From an uncultured Bacilli bacterium (GTDB lineage Bacteria; Bacillota_I; Bacilli_A; RF39; UBA660): a DNA stretch of 64,000 bases. The first letter of the stretch is position 1. Every line of letters starts with the position of its first letter. This document shows, piece after piece, positions 40,570 through 50,039 of this stretch. The stretch lies in contig CALVKO010000001.1 in NCBI GenBank assembly GCA_944332725.1, forward strand, positions 719 through 64,718, read 5' to 3'. The notes beneath the pieces are model-generated. The model was not told the DNA's origin. It ran no database searches and worked only from the letters and a program-made list of their open reading frames with translations. The position numbers and the translations under genes were made by a program.

Positions 40570-41544
40570 TTAATCCTCCAATATATATGTTTCTATTTTT
40601 GTTGCATTTCTATTTTTAGTTATAAATGCTTTGGTTATATTATTACTTTTAAAATAAACTTTAATATCAATATTATTAAAATTATTTAAATTAGTTGTTA
40701 AAATTTTACTGATATCTAATATTTCTGCTTGTTTAAAATAACTTTTGTTTAAAGTAATACTTACTTCATTTAATGTTTTATTTTGATATAAGCCATAAGC
40801 ATTCAAATATAAATTATAATCACTTAAACTATTTTTAATAGCTAATATTGTGTTATAAGTTTTATTGTCAATTTTACTGACATAATTACTTTCTAATAAT
40901 TGATAATTATAATTAACATAATTCATTTTAATATTATCATTATTAGTATAGCCTAAATATTTAAAACTACCTTTATAATCACTTTCTAAATAGATGCCAA
41001 TAACCACATCAACTTTTTTTAATTCTTCTTTACTTCTTATAAATTTAAGTAATTCCTCTACTTTATCTAATGCGTAATCTAAAACTATTTTTTCATCGAT
41101 TGTTTTATAATTATTATCATAATATTGTTTGTTATCGACAATAACAGCTAAAGAAATACCTTTTAAAACATTATTATTAGTTAAATAATTTTGCTCATAT
41201 ATTGAAGTTATATAAGTTGGTTTAATTTTTACATCATCAACTTCAATTTCTTCTGTTTCATTAAATTGATTAACTAAATTTTTAATTTCTTCACTTGTTA
41301 AATATTGTCCTTCTTGATAAAATGAATTATTAGTTTTAAAATATTCTGTCGATAAACGCATCAACATTGACTCTACTTCTTCTTTATCATAATCTGCGAT
41401 ACTATAACTACCAATACTTTCTTTATAAGGATTTGCTACTTGATAATAAGAATTATCATAATTTATTTCAATTATCTCTTCCTTTTTACCACAACCTACT
41501 AATAATATTAATAAAATTAAAAATAATTTTTTCATACACATCAC
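40570..41544 (-). CDS. camS: CamS family sex-pheromone lipoprotein.
   Basis: Lipobox LLVGC. Conserved position immediately upstream of gatCAB, as in Bacillus and Staphylococcus. Confidence 0.75.
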   Translation of the reverse strand: MMCMKKLFLILLILLVGCGKKEEIIEINYDNSYYQVANPYKESIGSYSIADYDKEEVESMLMRLSTEYFKTNNSFYQEGQYLTSEEIKNLVNQFNETEEIEVDDVKIKPTYITSIYEQNYLTNNNVLKGISLAVIVDNKQYYDNNYKTIDEKIVLDYALDKVEELLKFIRSKEELKKVDVVIGIYLESDYKGSFKYLGYTNNDNIKMNYVNYNYQLLESNYVSKIDNKTYNTILAIKNSLSDYNLYLNAYGLYQNKTLNEVSITLNKSYFKQAEILDISKILTTNLNNFNNIDIKVYFKSNNITKAFITKNRNATKIETYILED

Positions 41545-41690
41545 TAACTAATTATATCATATTTTATAAAAACTTATTGCTTTTTTTAATCAAATATGAT
41601 ATTATTTATTCGTATAAGATGTTACCTTTCGAAAAAAATACGCTAATAATTCAAGTAAAACGTTTTTTATACATATATCTTATACAAAAT

Positions 41691-41730
41691 AAAAACTAAT
41701 CAATATGGTGTTGCGTTGATTAGTTTTTTT
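41691..41730 (-). terminator. Terminator after recX.
   Basis: AAAAACTAATCAA-12 nt loop-TTGATTAGTTTTT. Confidence 0.55.
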
Positions 41731-42469
41731 GTATATTATCAATTTCTTCTTTAGTAAAACCTTTATTATATAATTTTGTATTTATTTTGTATTCTAATTC
41801 CTTACCAGAATATTTTTTACTTAATTGTCTATATAATTTATCATATTCATTAACAATTAAGTTATCATTTTTTATATCTAAACTATCATATATTTCTATT
41901 ATTGTATATTTATCATACCCTAAATTAATTAATTCATTAACAACTTTATATTTTAATTTATATCCCGTATACTTACTGTTCTTTATTTTTTTATTAATTA
42001 ATTTTTCTATTTTTTTATTAATTAAATCATTATCTATTTTAGATAGTTCTTCTTCAATTATATTTAAATCAATATTATGTTTTAATAAATCATTTTTAAT
42101 TTTATCGATACCTTCATTTGATAAATTAATTTTATCTGAAATATATGCTTTAGCAAATAATTTATCATTTATTAAATTAATACTTTTTAATTTATTAATT
42201 ATTTTATTTTTATCGACATCATACTTATCTAAAAATTCATTTATTTCCTTTTCACTTCTTATTTTTTTAGATATTAAATTTAAAACTTTATTATATACTT
42301 CATAATAAGCATTATCTTTGATTATTTTATTTAATAATATATCATCGATGTCTTTATGATAAAGTAAATTATAATTTATAATGACATCATCAAATGTTTT
42401 TATTTCAGTACCATCTTCCAAAACAATTTTATATTTTTTCCCACTTTTTTTGATTTTATCAATTTTCAA
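41720..42469 (-). CDS. recX: Recombination regulator RecX-like protein.
   Basis: N-terminus MKIDKIKKSGKKYKIVLEDGTEIKTFDDVIINYNL and a repetitive helical architecture of ~250 aa. Assigned from pattern recall, at moderate confidence. Confidence 0.55.
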   Translation of the reverse strand: MKIDKIKKSGKKYKIVLEDGTEIKTFDDVIINYNLLYHKDIDDILLNKIIKDNAYYEVYNKVLNLISKKIRSEKEINEFLDKYDVDKNKIINKLKSINLINDKLFAKAYISDKINLSNEGIDKIKNDLLKHNIDLNIIEEELSKIDNDLINKKIEKLINKKIKNSKYTGYKLKYKVVNELINLGYDKYTIIEIYDSLDIKNDNLIVNEYDKLYRQLSKKYSGKELEYKINTKLYNKGFTKEEIDNIQKN

Positions 42470-42956
42470 TTATTAAAACCTCTTCTAAATTTAATCTTGG
42501 TCTAGCAACAGGATTCTCGTTTTTATTTCCAATCGCTAAGGCGGAAACTAATTCATAATCAACATTAGCTAATTCTTTTACATAATCTTCTATTTTTTTT
42601 ATATAGCCTATCCATAAAGTACCTAATCCAATACTCTCTGCTTCTAATATCATATTTTCCATACAAGCACCAATTGATAAATGATTAAAATATCCATCAT
42701 CTTTATTATATATTAATATTAAATAAGGTACTGTTTTAATAACTTCTGCAGTTTTATTAGGGCCATATAATTCAACCATTTTATTACTTATTTTATTTTT
42801 AATTTCTTCATTTACTATAACAAAACGCCAAGGTTGATTATTTTTAGCAGAAGGTGCTTGGATACCAGATTTTAAAATATCTATTATTTTTTCTTTGGAA
42901 ACATTTTCACTTTTATAATTTCTTATACTTCTTCTATTTTGAATTTCTTTTAACAT
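42459..42956 (-). CDS. Nitroreductase family protein.
   Basis: RRSIRNY N-terminal FMN-binding motif. 165 aa. Confidence 0.8.
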   Translation of the reverse strand: MLKEIQNRRSIRNYKSENVSKEKIIDILKSGIQAPSAKNNQPWRFVIVNEEIKNKISNKMVELYGPNKTAEVIKTVPYLILIYNKDDGYFNHLSIGACMENMILEAESIGLGTLWIGYIKKIEDYVKELANVDYELVSALAIGNKNENPVARPRLNLEEVLIIEN

Positions 42957-43980
42957 TTATTTCACCTCGAAAATATTTAATTGTTGTAATAATAATTATT
43001 GAAAGTGGTAAAGATATAACAATACCAATAAATCCTAGTAATATACCGCCACCAAATACAGCAGCAATTACTATTATTGGATGAACTTGATTACTTTTTC
43101 CATATACTAATGGATTTAAAACATATGAATCTATTAATGAAGATATCAATGTTACAATTATAACTGTAATACCTAATGAAGTACTTAGAGCAAAACCTGT
43201 TAATACCCCAATTACTTGAACTAGTATTCCGCCAAAATAAGGAATAAAGTTACCTAATCCTGATAAGAAACCTAATAATAAAGCATTAGGATGACCAATT
43301 ATATAGTAAATTAAAGTATATTCAAAAAAACTGATGCATACAAGAATTAAGAATCCTTTAATATAATTTTTTATTTCATGGTCTAATAAAGCAACATAAT
43401 TATATACTTTAGTAGATTTATGAGATAAATATTTTTTTATACCATTTCTTATTTTATCCATATCTAATAAAAAGTAAATACCAGATGCTAGAGCAATAAA
43501 AACATTTGTAATAACACTTATTGAAGCATTTATAGTTTTAACTGCTCCATCAGATACATATTTTCCAACATTACTAATTATTTCATTAAATGTTTTAAAT
43601 AAAGTATCACCTAAAGTACCTAAATCAATATTAAAATCAGTTGTTATATCTTTAATAAAAATAATTAATGAGTCAATTAAACTAACTATTTGTGTTGACA
43701 AAAGTGGTATTAATAAAGTTATTAAAGTAGCAATTATACCAATTAAAATAGCAACTATTATCCCAACTCCTAAACCTTTTGGTATTTTTTTACTTTCTAA
43801 AAACTCTAATAAAGGATATAAAGCATAAGCAATAACAAACCCAGCAAATAAAGGTAATATTATTTTTAATATTTTATTTAAGATGCCCATCCACAATGGA
43901 TTAGCCTGATAAATAAAAAAACAAATTACTGCTATTAAAGCAATATTAATTAATTTAAAATCTAATTTATTTTTTATCAT
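42934..43980 (-). CDS. AI-2E family transporter (PerM-like).
   Basis: Eight TM segments. The size (~350 aa) and topology are characteristic of this family. Confidence 0.75.
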   Translation of the reverse strand: MIKNKLDFKLINIALIAVICFFIYQANPLWMGILNKILKIILPLFAGFVIAYALYPLLEFLESKKIPKGLGVGIIVAILIGIIATLITLLIPLLSTQIVSLIDSLIIFIKDITTDFNIDLGTLGDTLFKTFNEIISNVGKYVSDGAVKTINASISVITNVFIALASGIYFLLDMDKIRNGIKKYLSHKSTKVYNYVALLDHEIKNYIKGFLILVCISFFEYTLIYYIIGHPNALLLGFLSGLGNFIPYFGGILVQVIGVLTGFALSTSLGITVIIVTLISSLIDSYVLNPLVYGKSNQVHPIIVIAAVFGGGILLGFIGIVISLPLSIIIITTIKYFRGEINVKRNSK

Positions 43981-43993
43981 AAATCCTCACTTT

Positions 43994-44413
43994 CTAATTA
44001 AGTAATTTTTCTTTATTTTCAATTTTGTTTATTCCAACAATATTTTTATCATTGGATAATAATTTTAATTCTTTTATGGCAACATTATTTAATTTTTCTA
44101 ATCGTTCTTTTTGCGAAATTCCACTTTCAATCATATTGATGGACTCATAGTAAAAGATTGGTTAGCAGAATCATTTTTAAACTCGCGAGATTCCGCTAGT
44201 TTAAAATTTTCATTAAATAGTTCTTCCCATAAGCAATAAAATTCAAATGAACTTTTATTACTCATCCATTTAATTATAACATCACCAGGATTATTTGAAT
44301 TTTTATAACGTGCCAAATCAGTTAAAGATATATAATCTATTTCATTAATTCTTATAACACTTACTAAACTATCATTTACTTTTAATTCTGTTTTTATAAT
44401 TTTATTTTCGATA
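43994..44413 (-). pseudogene. KilA-N domain gene remnant. The N-terminal domain ORF has no canonical start, and a separate 46-aa C-terminal ORF overlaps it by ATGA.
   Basis: IRINEIDYISLTDLARYKNSNNPGDVIIKWMSNKSSFEFYCLWEELFNENF matches the KilA-N domain consensus. A GGAGGTG RBS lies 9 nt after the dtd stop but is followed only by ATT/ATC codons. The fragment stops at TGA at 44131-44133, overlapping the ATG of a second short ORF. Confidence 0.45.
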
Positions 44414-44434
44414 ATTTACACCTCCAATTTATAA

Positions 44435-44872
44435 TTAATCTTCCAATATGATTGTTACAGGTCCATCATTACTTATTTCAACTAACATATCTGCTTGAAA
44501 AATACCAGTTTCTAAATTAATATTATATTTTTTTATTTCTTCATTAAATAATTCATATAATTTTTTTGCTTCATCGGCTTTCATCGAATTAATATAACTA
44601 GGACGATTGCCTTTTTTACAATCGGCATATAAAGTAAATTGTGATATTGACAAAATAGAACCATTTACATCTAAAATTGATTTATTCATAATATGGTTTT
44701 CATCATCAAAAATTCTTAAATTAACTAATTTTTTAGTTAATTTTTTTATTTCTTCTATCGTATCATTATGAGTAAATCCAACTAAAACAACTAATCCATC
44801 ATCTATTTTACCAACTATCTTGTTATCTACTGTAACTTTTGATTTTTTACTTCTTTGAACCACTAATTTCAT
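44435..44872 (-). CDS. dtd: D-aminoacyl-tRNA deacylase.
   Basis: 145 aa. N-terminus MKLVVQRS and the GP motif. Conserved position downstream of relA. Confidence 0.9.
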   Translation of the reverse strand: MKLVVQRSKKSKVTVDNKIVGKIDDGLVVLVGFTHNDTIEEIKKLTKKLVNLRIFDDENHIMNKSILDVNGSILSISQFTLYADCKKGNRPSYINSMKADEAKKLYELFNEEIKKYNINLETGIFQADMLVEISNDGPVTIILED

Positions 44873-47007
44873 TTTATCAACCTTTCTACAGATAAAACAT
44901 TTGGTATCATGTTTAAATCATTCATATATTTTGTTAATCTTTCTTTATTTTCTACTAAAACAGTTATCTGATATATATAATCATTACCACTTGATAATGA
45001 TTTAATACTTTCAATTGTTATATCTGTATTAGATGTCTTAGCAACTATATTCATTAATATATTATTATCTAAAGATTTAATTAATAAACTAGTCGGATAT
45101 TTTTTATTAGTATCATTCCATTTTACTTCAATTAATCTTTCGTTTAATTCACTAACATTAGGGCAAACCATTCTGTGAACAGTTATACCATTACCTTTAG
45201 TTATATATCCCACTATTCTATCACCTTTAATTGGTTTACAGCATGATGCTATGTTTACTTTAATATCATCAATACCCTCTACTTTAATATCATTTTTAAT
45301 ATTAGGTAAAATTACTTCCTTATCTTTTGTTTTATTTAAAATTATTTCTTCTTTAGTTATATTATCATCAGTAATAATATTTACTACTTGAATAGGTGTA
45401 TATTTATTATTTCCAATATTAATATATAACTCATTAATATCTGCACATTTTAATTCTTCTAATATTTTATCGATGTTTTCTGTAAATATTGCATTAGATA
45501 GTTTTCTTTTTCTTAATTCTTTATTTAGTAAATCTTCACCTTTATTATGATTATCTTCTTTAGTAGTTTTATTAAAAAATGCTTTAATTTTATTTTTGGC
45601 TTGTGATGTTTTAACAAAATTTAACCATTCTTGACTAGGCGTAGAACTTTTATTTGTATTAATTTTAACTATATCATTATCTTTCAATTTGTAATCTAAT
45701 GGAACAATATTATTATTTACAATCGCTCCTATTGTCGTATCTCCCACTTTAGAGTGGACACGATACGCAAAATCAATCGGAGTTGAACCATTTGGTAATT
45801 CAATTACATCACCCATTGGCGTAAAAACATAAATTGTATCCTTTAAAACATCCTCTTTAACCGAATCAACAAATTGATCTTCACTTTCCTCATTTTTTAA
45901 TTCCATAATAACTCTAAAGAACTGTAATTTTTGTTCCATCTCACTTTGCATATTTGATTTGCCTTCTTTATATGACCAGTGAGATGCGATACCACATTCA
46001 GCCACCTTATCCATTTCATAAGTTCTTATTTGAATTTCAAATAATTGTCCATCTATCCCAAATACCGTTGTATGCAATGATTGATACATATTTGTTTTAG
46101 GCATTGCAATATAATCTTTAAATCGCTTAGGAATTGGTCTAAATTTCGAATGAATTAATCCTAAAGTTTGATAACACTCTGCTTCTGTGTCAACAAAAAC
46201 TCTTAGAGCTAATAAATCATATATTTCATTAAATGATTTACCTTTATCTAATTTTTTATAAATACTATAAATACTTTTACTTCTTCCTTTTATTTCATGT
46301 TTAATATTATGTTCGTTTAATAGTTTAGAAACACTTTCAATCATTTCAACAACATAATTATCTCTCTCTACTTTAGTTTTATTTAACTTTTCTACAATTT
46401 GATAATAAGCATCTGGTTTTAAATATCTTAACGATAAATCTTCTAATTCTGATTTAATACTATTAATACCTAATCTATGTGCAATTGGTGTAAATATATC
46501 TAAAGTTTCCTTAGCATTAGCCTTTTGTCTTTTTTCTGATAAAGCCCATAATGTACGCATATTATGAAGTCTATCTGCTAATTTTAAGATAATAACCCTT
46601 ACATCTTCGGTCATTCCAACTAATATTTTTCTTTGATTTGCAATCATAGCCTCTGTATCGCCACTAAAATTTAATTTATTTATTTTAGTTATACTTTCAA
46701 CTAATTTTGCAACTTCAACACCAAATAAATTTTCAATTTCTTCATAAGAAACTTCACAATCTTCAATGGTATCATGAAGAAGTGCTGCTTCTATTGTTTT
46801 ACTATCAGCATGAATGCCCGCTAAAATAAAAGCAACATTTAAAGGATGGATTATATAATCTTCTCCACTATTTCTCTTTTGACCATTATGTTTTATATTA
46901 GCAAATTCAAAAGATTTCTTTATTTCATTTAATTCTTCTTCATTTTTTATATATTTTTTTAATTTTTCTTCTAACTGTATATATTTACTTATTTTTATTA
47001 CTTTCAT
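44869..47007 (-). CDS. relA: Bifunctional (p)ppGpp synthetase/hydrolase RelA/SpoT.
   Basis: HD domain (HxxxHD...), synthetase domain, TGS and ACT regions. Length is 712 aa. Confidence 0.95.
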   Translation of the reverse strand: MKVIKISKYIQLEEKLKKYIKNEEELNEIKKSFEFANIKHNGQKRNSGEDYIIHPLNVAFILAGIHADSKTIEAALLHDTIEDCEVSYEEIENLFGVEVAKLVESITKINKLNFSGDTEAMIANQRKILVGMTEDVRVIILKLADRLHNMRTLWALSEKRQKANAKETLDIFTPIAHRLGINSIKSELEDLSLRYLKPDAYYQIVEKLNKTKVERDNYVVEMIESVSKLLNEHNIKHEIKGRSKSIYSIYKKLDKGKSFNEIYDLLALRVFVDTEAECYQTLGLIHSKFRPIPKRFKDYIAMPKTNMYQSLHTTVFGIDGQLFEIQIRTYEMDKVAECGIASHWSYKEGKSNMQSEMEQKLQFFRVIMELKNEESEDQFVDSVKEDVLKDTIYVFTPMGDVIELPNGSTPIDFAYRVHSKVGDTTIGAIVNNNIVPLDYKLKDNDIVKINTNKSSTPSQEWLNFVKTSQAKNKIKAFFNKTTKEDNHNKGEDLLNKELRKRKLSNAIFTENIDKILEELKCADINELYINIGNNKYTPIQVVNIITDDNITKEEIILNKTKDKEVILPNIKNDIKVEGIDDIKVNIASCCKPIKGDRIVGYITKGNGITVHRMVCPNVSELNERLIEVKWNDTNKKYPTSLLIKSLDNNILMNIVAKTSNTDITIESIKSLSSGNDYIYQITVLVENKERLTKYMNDLNMIPNVLSVERLIK

Positions 47008-47011
47008 TTTA

Positions 47012-47287
47012 TCACTCTTCTTTAAAATAAATTTCTCTTTTTCTTAAATTTAATTTACTTTTTAAATAATCATCAATTAATAAATCATCGACATTCAAAA
47101 CATCACTAACCATTTCGTATAATGATAAATCCTTAGCCTTTTTCCATTTAATCTCTTTTAAATAATTCCATATATCTTCTATTTCAATATATTTATAACC
47201 ACTTCGATGCATTTCTCCTTTTTTAGTTATCAACGCTGGTTTTAATCTATTATATAATTCTTCTAAACTATTAAATTCTATTTCCAT
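47012..47287 (-). CDS. comN: Post-transcriptional regulator ComN-like protein.
   Basis: 91 aa. The LKPAL...GY..I..EDIW..L....WKK pattern resembles ComN/YrzD. Lying between relA and a spoVB-like gene matches Bacillus synteny. Confidence 0.5.
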   Translation of the reverse strand: MEIEFNSLEELYNRLKPALITKKGEMHRSGYKYIEIEDIWNYLKEIKWKKAKDLSLYEMVSDVLNVDDLLIDDYLKSKLNLRKREIYFKEE

Positions 47288-47326
47288 TTTACTTCATTCC
47301 TTTTTTTACAATTATTTTAAAGAAAA

Positions 47327-48382
47327 CTATAAAAAATCATTTTCTAATCTTTTTTCGATATCTTCAATACTAGGTAATGTATTTTCTAGAAATTCTGGTA
47401 TTTCTGATAAAATTTTATATTCACTCACACCAATTGGTTTATTAATATCTTTTAGTGCTAATTCAGCAGTTACTTTCTTTTTGTCTTTACATAACAAAAT
47501 ACCAAAAGTAGGATTATCTTTTTCATCTTTAATATACTTATCTACAGCACTTAAATAAAAATTAAGTTTTCCTGCATATTCTGGTTTAAATTCAGTTGTT
47601 TTTAGTTCAATTACAACATAACTTCTAACCTTTAAATTATAAAATAATAAATCAATATAATAATCTTCATTATCTATCTCTAAATGATATTGTCTACCTA
47701 TGAATGCAAAGCCATTACCTAATTCTAATAATAATTTGGTAATATTGGATATTAATTGTCGCTCAATATCTAATTCTTTTAAATCTTTATTATTTATTAT
47801 AAAATCAAATATATAAGGATCTTTTAATAAATATGCAACTTGTTCATTATTTGGACTTGGTAGCGTATTATCAAAATTTGTAGTTTTATTCTCTAATAAT
47901 GCTTGTCTTTCATATAATTTACTTGCTATTTGATGGATTATTATAGGTCTAGACCAACCATTTTTAACAGTTTCTTCAATATACCAATTTCTAATATTTT
48001 TTTCTTTTACTTGATCCATTATCGTTGTAATAGATGACCAAGGAATTTTTGCAACATAATGTTGCAAAAATTCATCATTGTCAAATTCAGTTGCAAATTT
48101 TTGCATATACCTTAAATTCCTAGCAGACATTCCTTTAATATTAGGAAATTCTATTTTTAAATCTTTTGCTAAAGTATCTATAAATGATAATCCCCATTTA
48201 TTATTCTCTATTAATTTTAAACCAATTTTATAATACATTAATATCAAATCTTTATTAGCATTGTCAATTATTTTATTTCTTGTAGTTATTAAAGTATTTT
48301 TTATATCATTTAAAACTTCAAAATATTGATTATTATTTTCTAGCATTATTACACTTCCTTTTAAATATTTTTTAAAACTCAT
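47327..48382 (-). CDS. YhcG/DUF1016 family PD-(D/E)xK nuclease, intact (third paralog).
   Basis: ELGNGFAFIGRQ and VVIELK motifs. The N-terminal region is homologous to the other copies. Confidence 0.8.
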   Translation of the reverse strand: MSFKKYLKGSVIMLENNNQYFEVLNDIKNTLITTRNKIIDNANKDLILMYYKIGLKLIENNKWGLSFIDTLAKDLKIEFPNIKGMSARNLRYMQKFATEFDNDEFLQHYVAKIPWSSITTIMDQVKEKNIRNWYIEETVKNGWSRPIIIHQIASKLYERQALLENKTTNFDNTLPSPNNEQVAYLLKDPYIFDFIINNKDLKELDIERQLISNITKLLLELGNGFAFIGRQYHLEIDNEDYYIDLLFYNLKVRSYVVIELKTTEFKPEYAGKLNFYLSAVDKYIKDEKDNPTFGILLCKDKKKVTAELALKDINKPIGVSEYKILSEIPEFLENTLPSIEDIEKRLENDFL

Positions 48383-48425
48383 ACATATATTATATAAGAA
48401 AAATCAATATTTTTAAAGGTGATAT

Positions 48426-49715
48426 ATGAAAAAAAATAAATTTATTATGTCTACTATTATTTTAATTATTGGGGGCTTTATAACAAAAATACTAAGTATG
48501 ATAATAAAAATAGTAATGACTAGACTAGTAGGTACTGAAGGTATTGGATTATATATGTTAGTTAATCCTACATTTATGTTATTTATTGCCATATGTACTT
48601 TAGGGCTACCTACCGCCATATCAAAATTAGTATCTGAAGATAAAAGAAACAATAAAAAATTAATTTTTTCTAGTTTGTTTTTAATAATTATTATTAATTT
48701 AATAGTTATGTTGTTTATATTTTTATCTGCTAAATTTATATCTAATAATTTATTACATGAAAGTAGAACCTATTATTCCATTATTGCTATAGCATTAGTA
48801 TTACCTTTTATATCCATATCAGGTATTTTAAGGGGATATTTTTTTGGTAAACAAAGAATGTTTCCTCACGTTTTATCTAATGTTTTAGAAGATGTAACAA
48901 GATTAATAAGTATTATTTTATTTACACCTTTCTTTTTGCTTAAAGGATTAGAATTTGCAGTTTCATTTTTAATATTATCCAATATTATTAGTGAATTAAC
49001 ATCAATATTAATATTATTTTTCTTCTTACCTAAAAACTTTAAACTATATAAAAAAGATATTACTCCATCTATGAGTAATATCAAAGATATATTAGAAATA
49101 AGTCTACCTACAACTGGATCTCGCTTAATAGGTACAATTGGTATGTTTTTTGAACCAATTATATTAACTTATTTTTTAATTAAATCAGGATTTTCTAACC
49201 AATATATTTTAAATGAATATGGTATTTTAAATGGTTATGTTATGCCATTAATATTACTTCCTTCTTTTTTTACAGGAGCCATATCTCAAGCATTATTACC
49301 TATAGTAAGTAATGGTTATTCAAATAAACATTATAAATATACTAAAAATAAAATTAAACAAGCCATATTTATTTCTTTATTAATTGGTATTCCCGCAACT
49401 ATTATATTTGTTTTAATACCAGAAATACCTTTAAAATTAATATTTAATACTAATCAAGGTATTACTTATATTAAAATACTAGCCCCTATTTGTTTATTAC
49501 ATTATATTCAATCACCATTAACTGCTTCTTTACAAGCAATGGGTAAAAGTAATTCTGCTATGTTTGGAACATTTTTAGGTATGATATTAAGAACTATTGT
49601 TTTAATAATCTGTTGTTTGTTTAAATTTGGTATTTATAGTTTAATAATAGCAAGTAGTATTAATATTATATATGTTACAATACATCATATAATAAAAGTT
49701 AAAAATTTAATATAA
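48426..49715 (+). CDS. SpoVB-like MOP-superfamily flippase (polysaccharide biosynthesis protein).
   Basis: Twelve or more TM helices and an N-terminal region similar to SpoVB/MurJ-type exporters. At 429 aa it is shorter than typical SpoVB and may be C-terminally truncated. Confidence 0.65.
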   Translation: MKKNKFIMSTIILIIGGFITKILSMIIKIVMTRLVGTEGIGLYMLVNPTFMLFIAICTLGLPTAISKLVSEDKRNNKKLIFSSLFLIIIINLIVMLFIFLSAKFISNNLLHESRTYYSIIAIALVLPFISISGILRGYFFGKQRMFPHVLSNVLEDVTRLISIILFTPFFLLKGLEFAVSFLILSNIISELTSILILFFFLPKNFKLYKKDITPSMSNIKDILEISLPTTGSRLIGTIGMFFEPIILTYFLIKSGFSNQYILNEYGILNGYVMPLILLPSFFTGAISQALLPIVSNGYSNKHYKYTKNKIKQAIFISLLIGIPATIIFVLIPEIPLKLIFNTNQGITYIKILAPICLLHYIQSPLTASLQAMGKSNSAMFGTFLGMILRTIVLIICCLFKFGIYSLIIASSINIIYVTIHHIIKVKNLI

Positions 49716-49763
49716 TTTTTTTAAAATAATATTTATATTAAATTTTTTTATATATATAAATTT

Positions 49764-49808
49764 AACACCAGTATTAGATATTCAATCGTATACTGGTGTC
49801 TTTATTTG
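49764..49808 (+). terminator. Rho-independent terminator of the flippase gene.
   Basis: AACACCAGTAT-15 nt loop-ATACTGGTGT followed by CTTTATTTG. Confidence 0.6.
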
Positions 49809-50039
49809 TTTTACTTTCTTTTAGCCTTATATCACCACAAGTGTTTACTATACTATCTTACCCCTCTTTGGCCACACGACTTCGCGTGCGGCTTATAAAT
49901 CCCTTCGGGATTTTACGCAATTAGTATCCTTTACTATCTTTCTCCCACTACATCGTCTGGGGTTACGTACTCTGGCGCCTCTAATTTAGAAAGGATGTTA
50001 GATTCATAGATATGGATAACTGGGCGCACGCCAACGTAG

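Noticed and set aside
41367-42305. ORFs 41367-41699 and 41787-42305 on the + strand.
   Set aside because: They are antisense to camS and recX in AT-rich sequence. Their translations are dominated by L/I/F/Y/K runs with no motifs.
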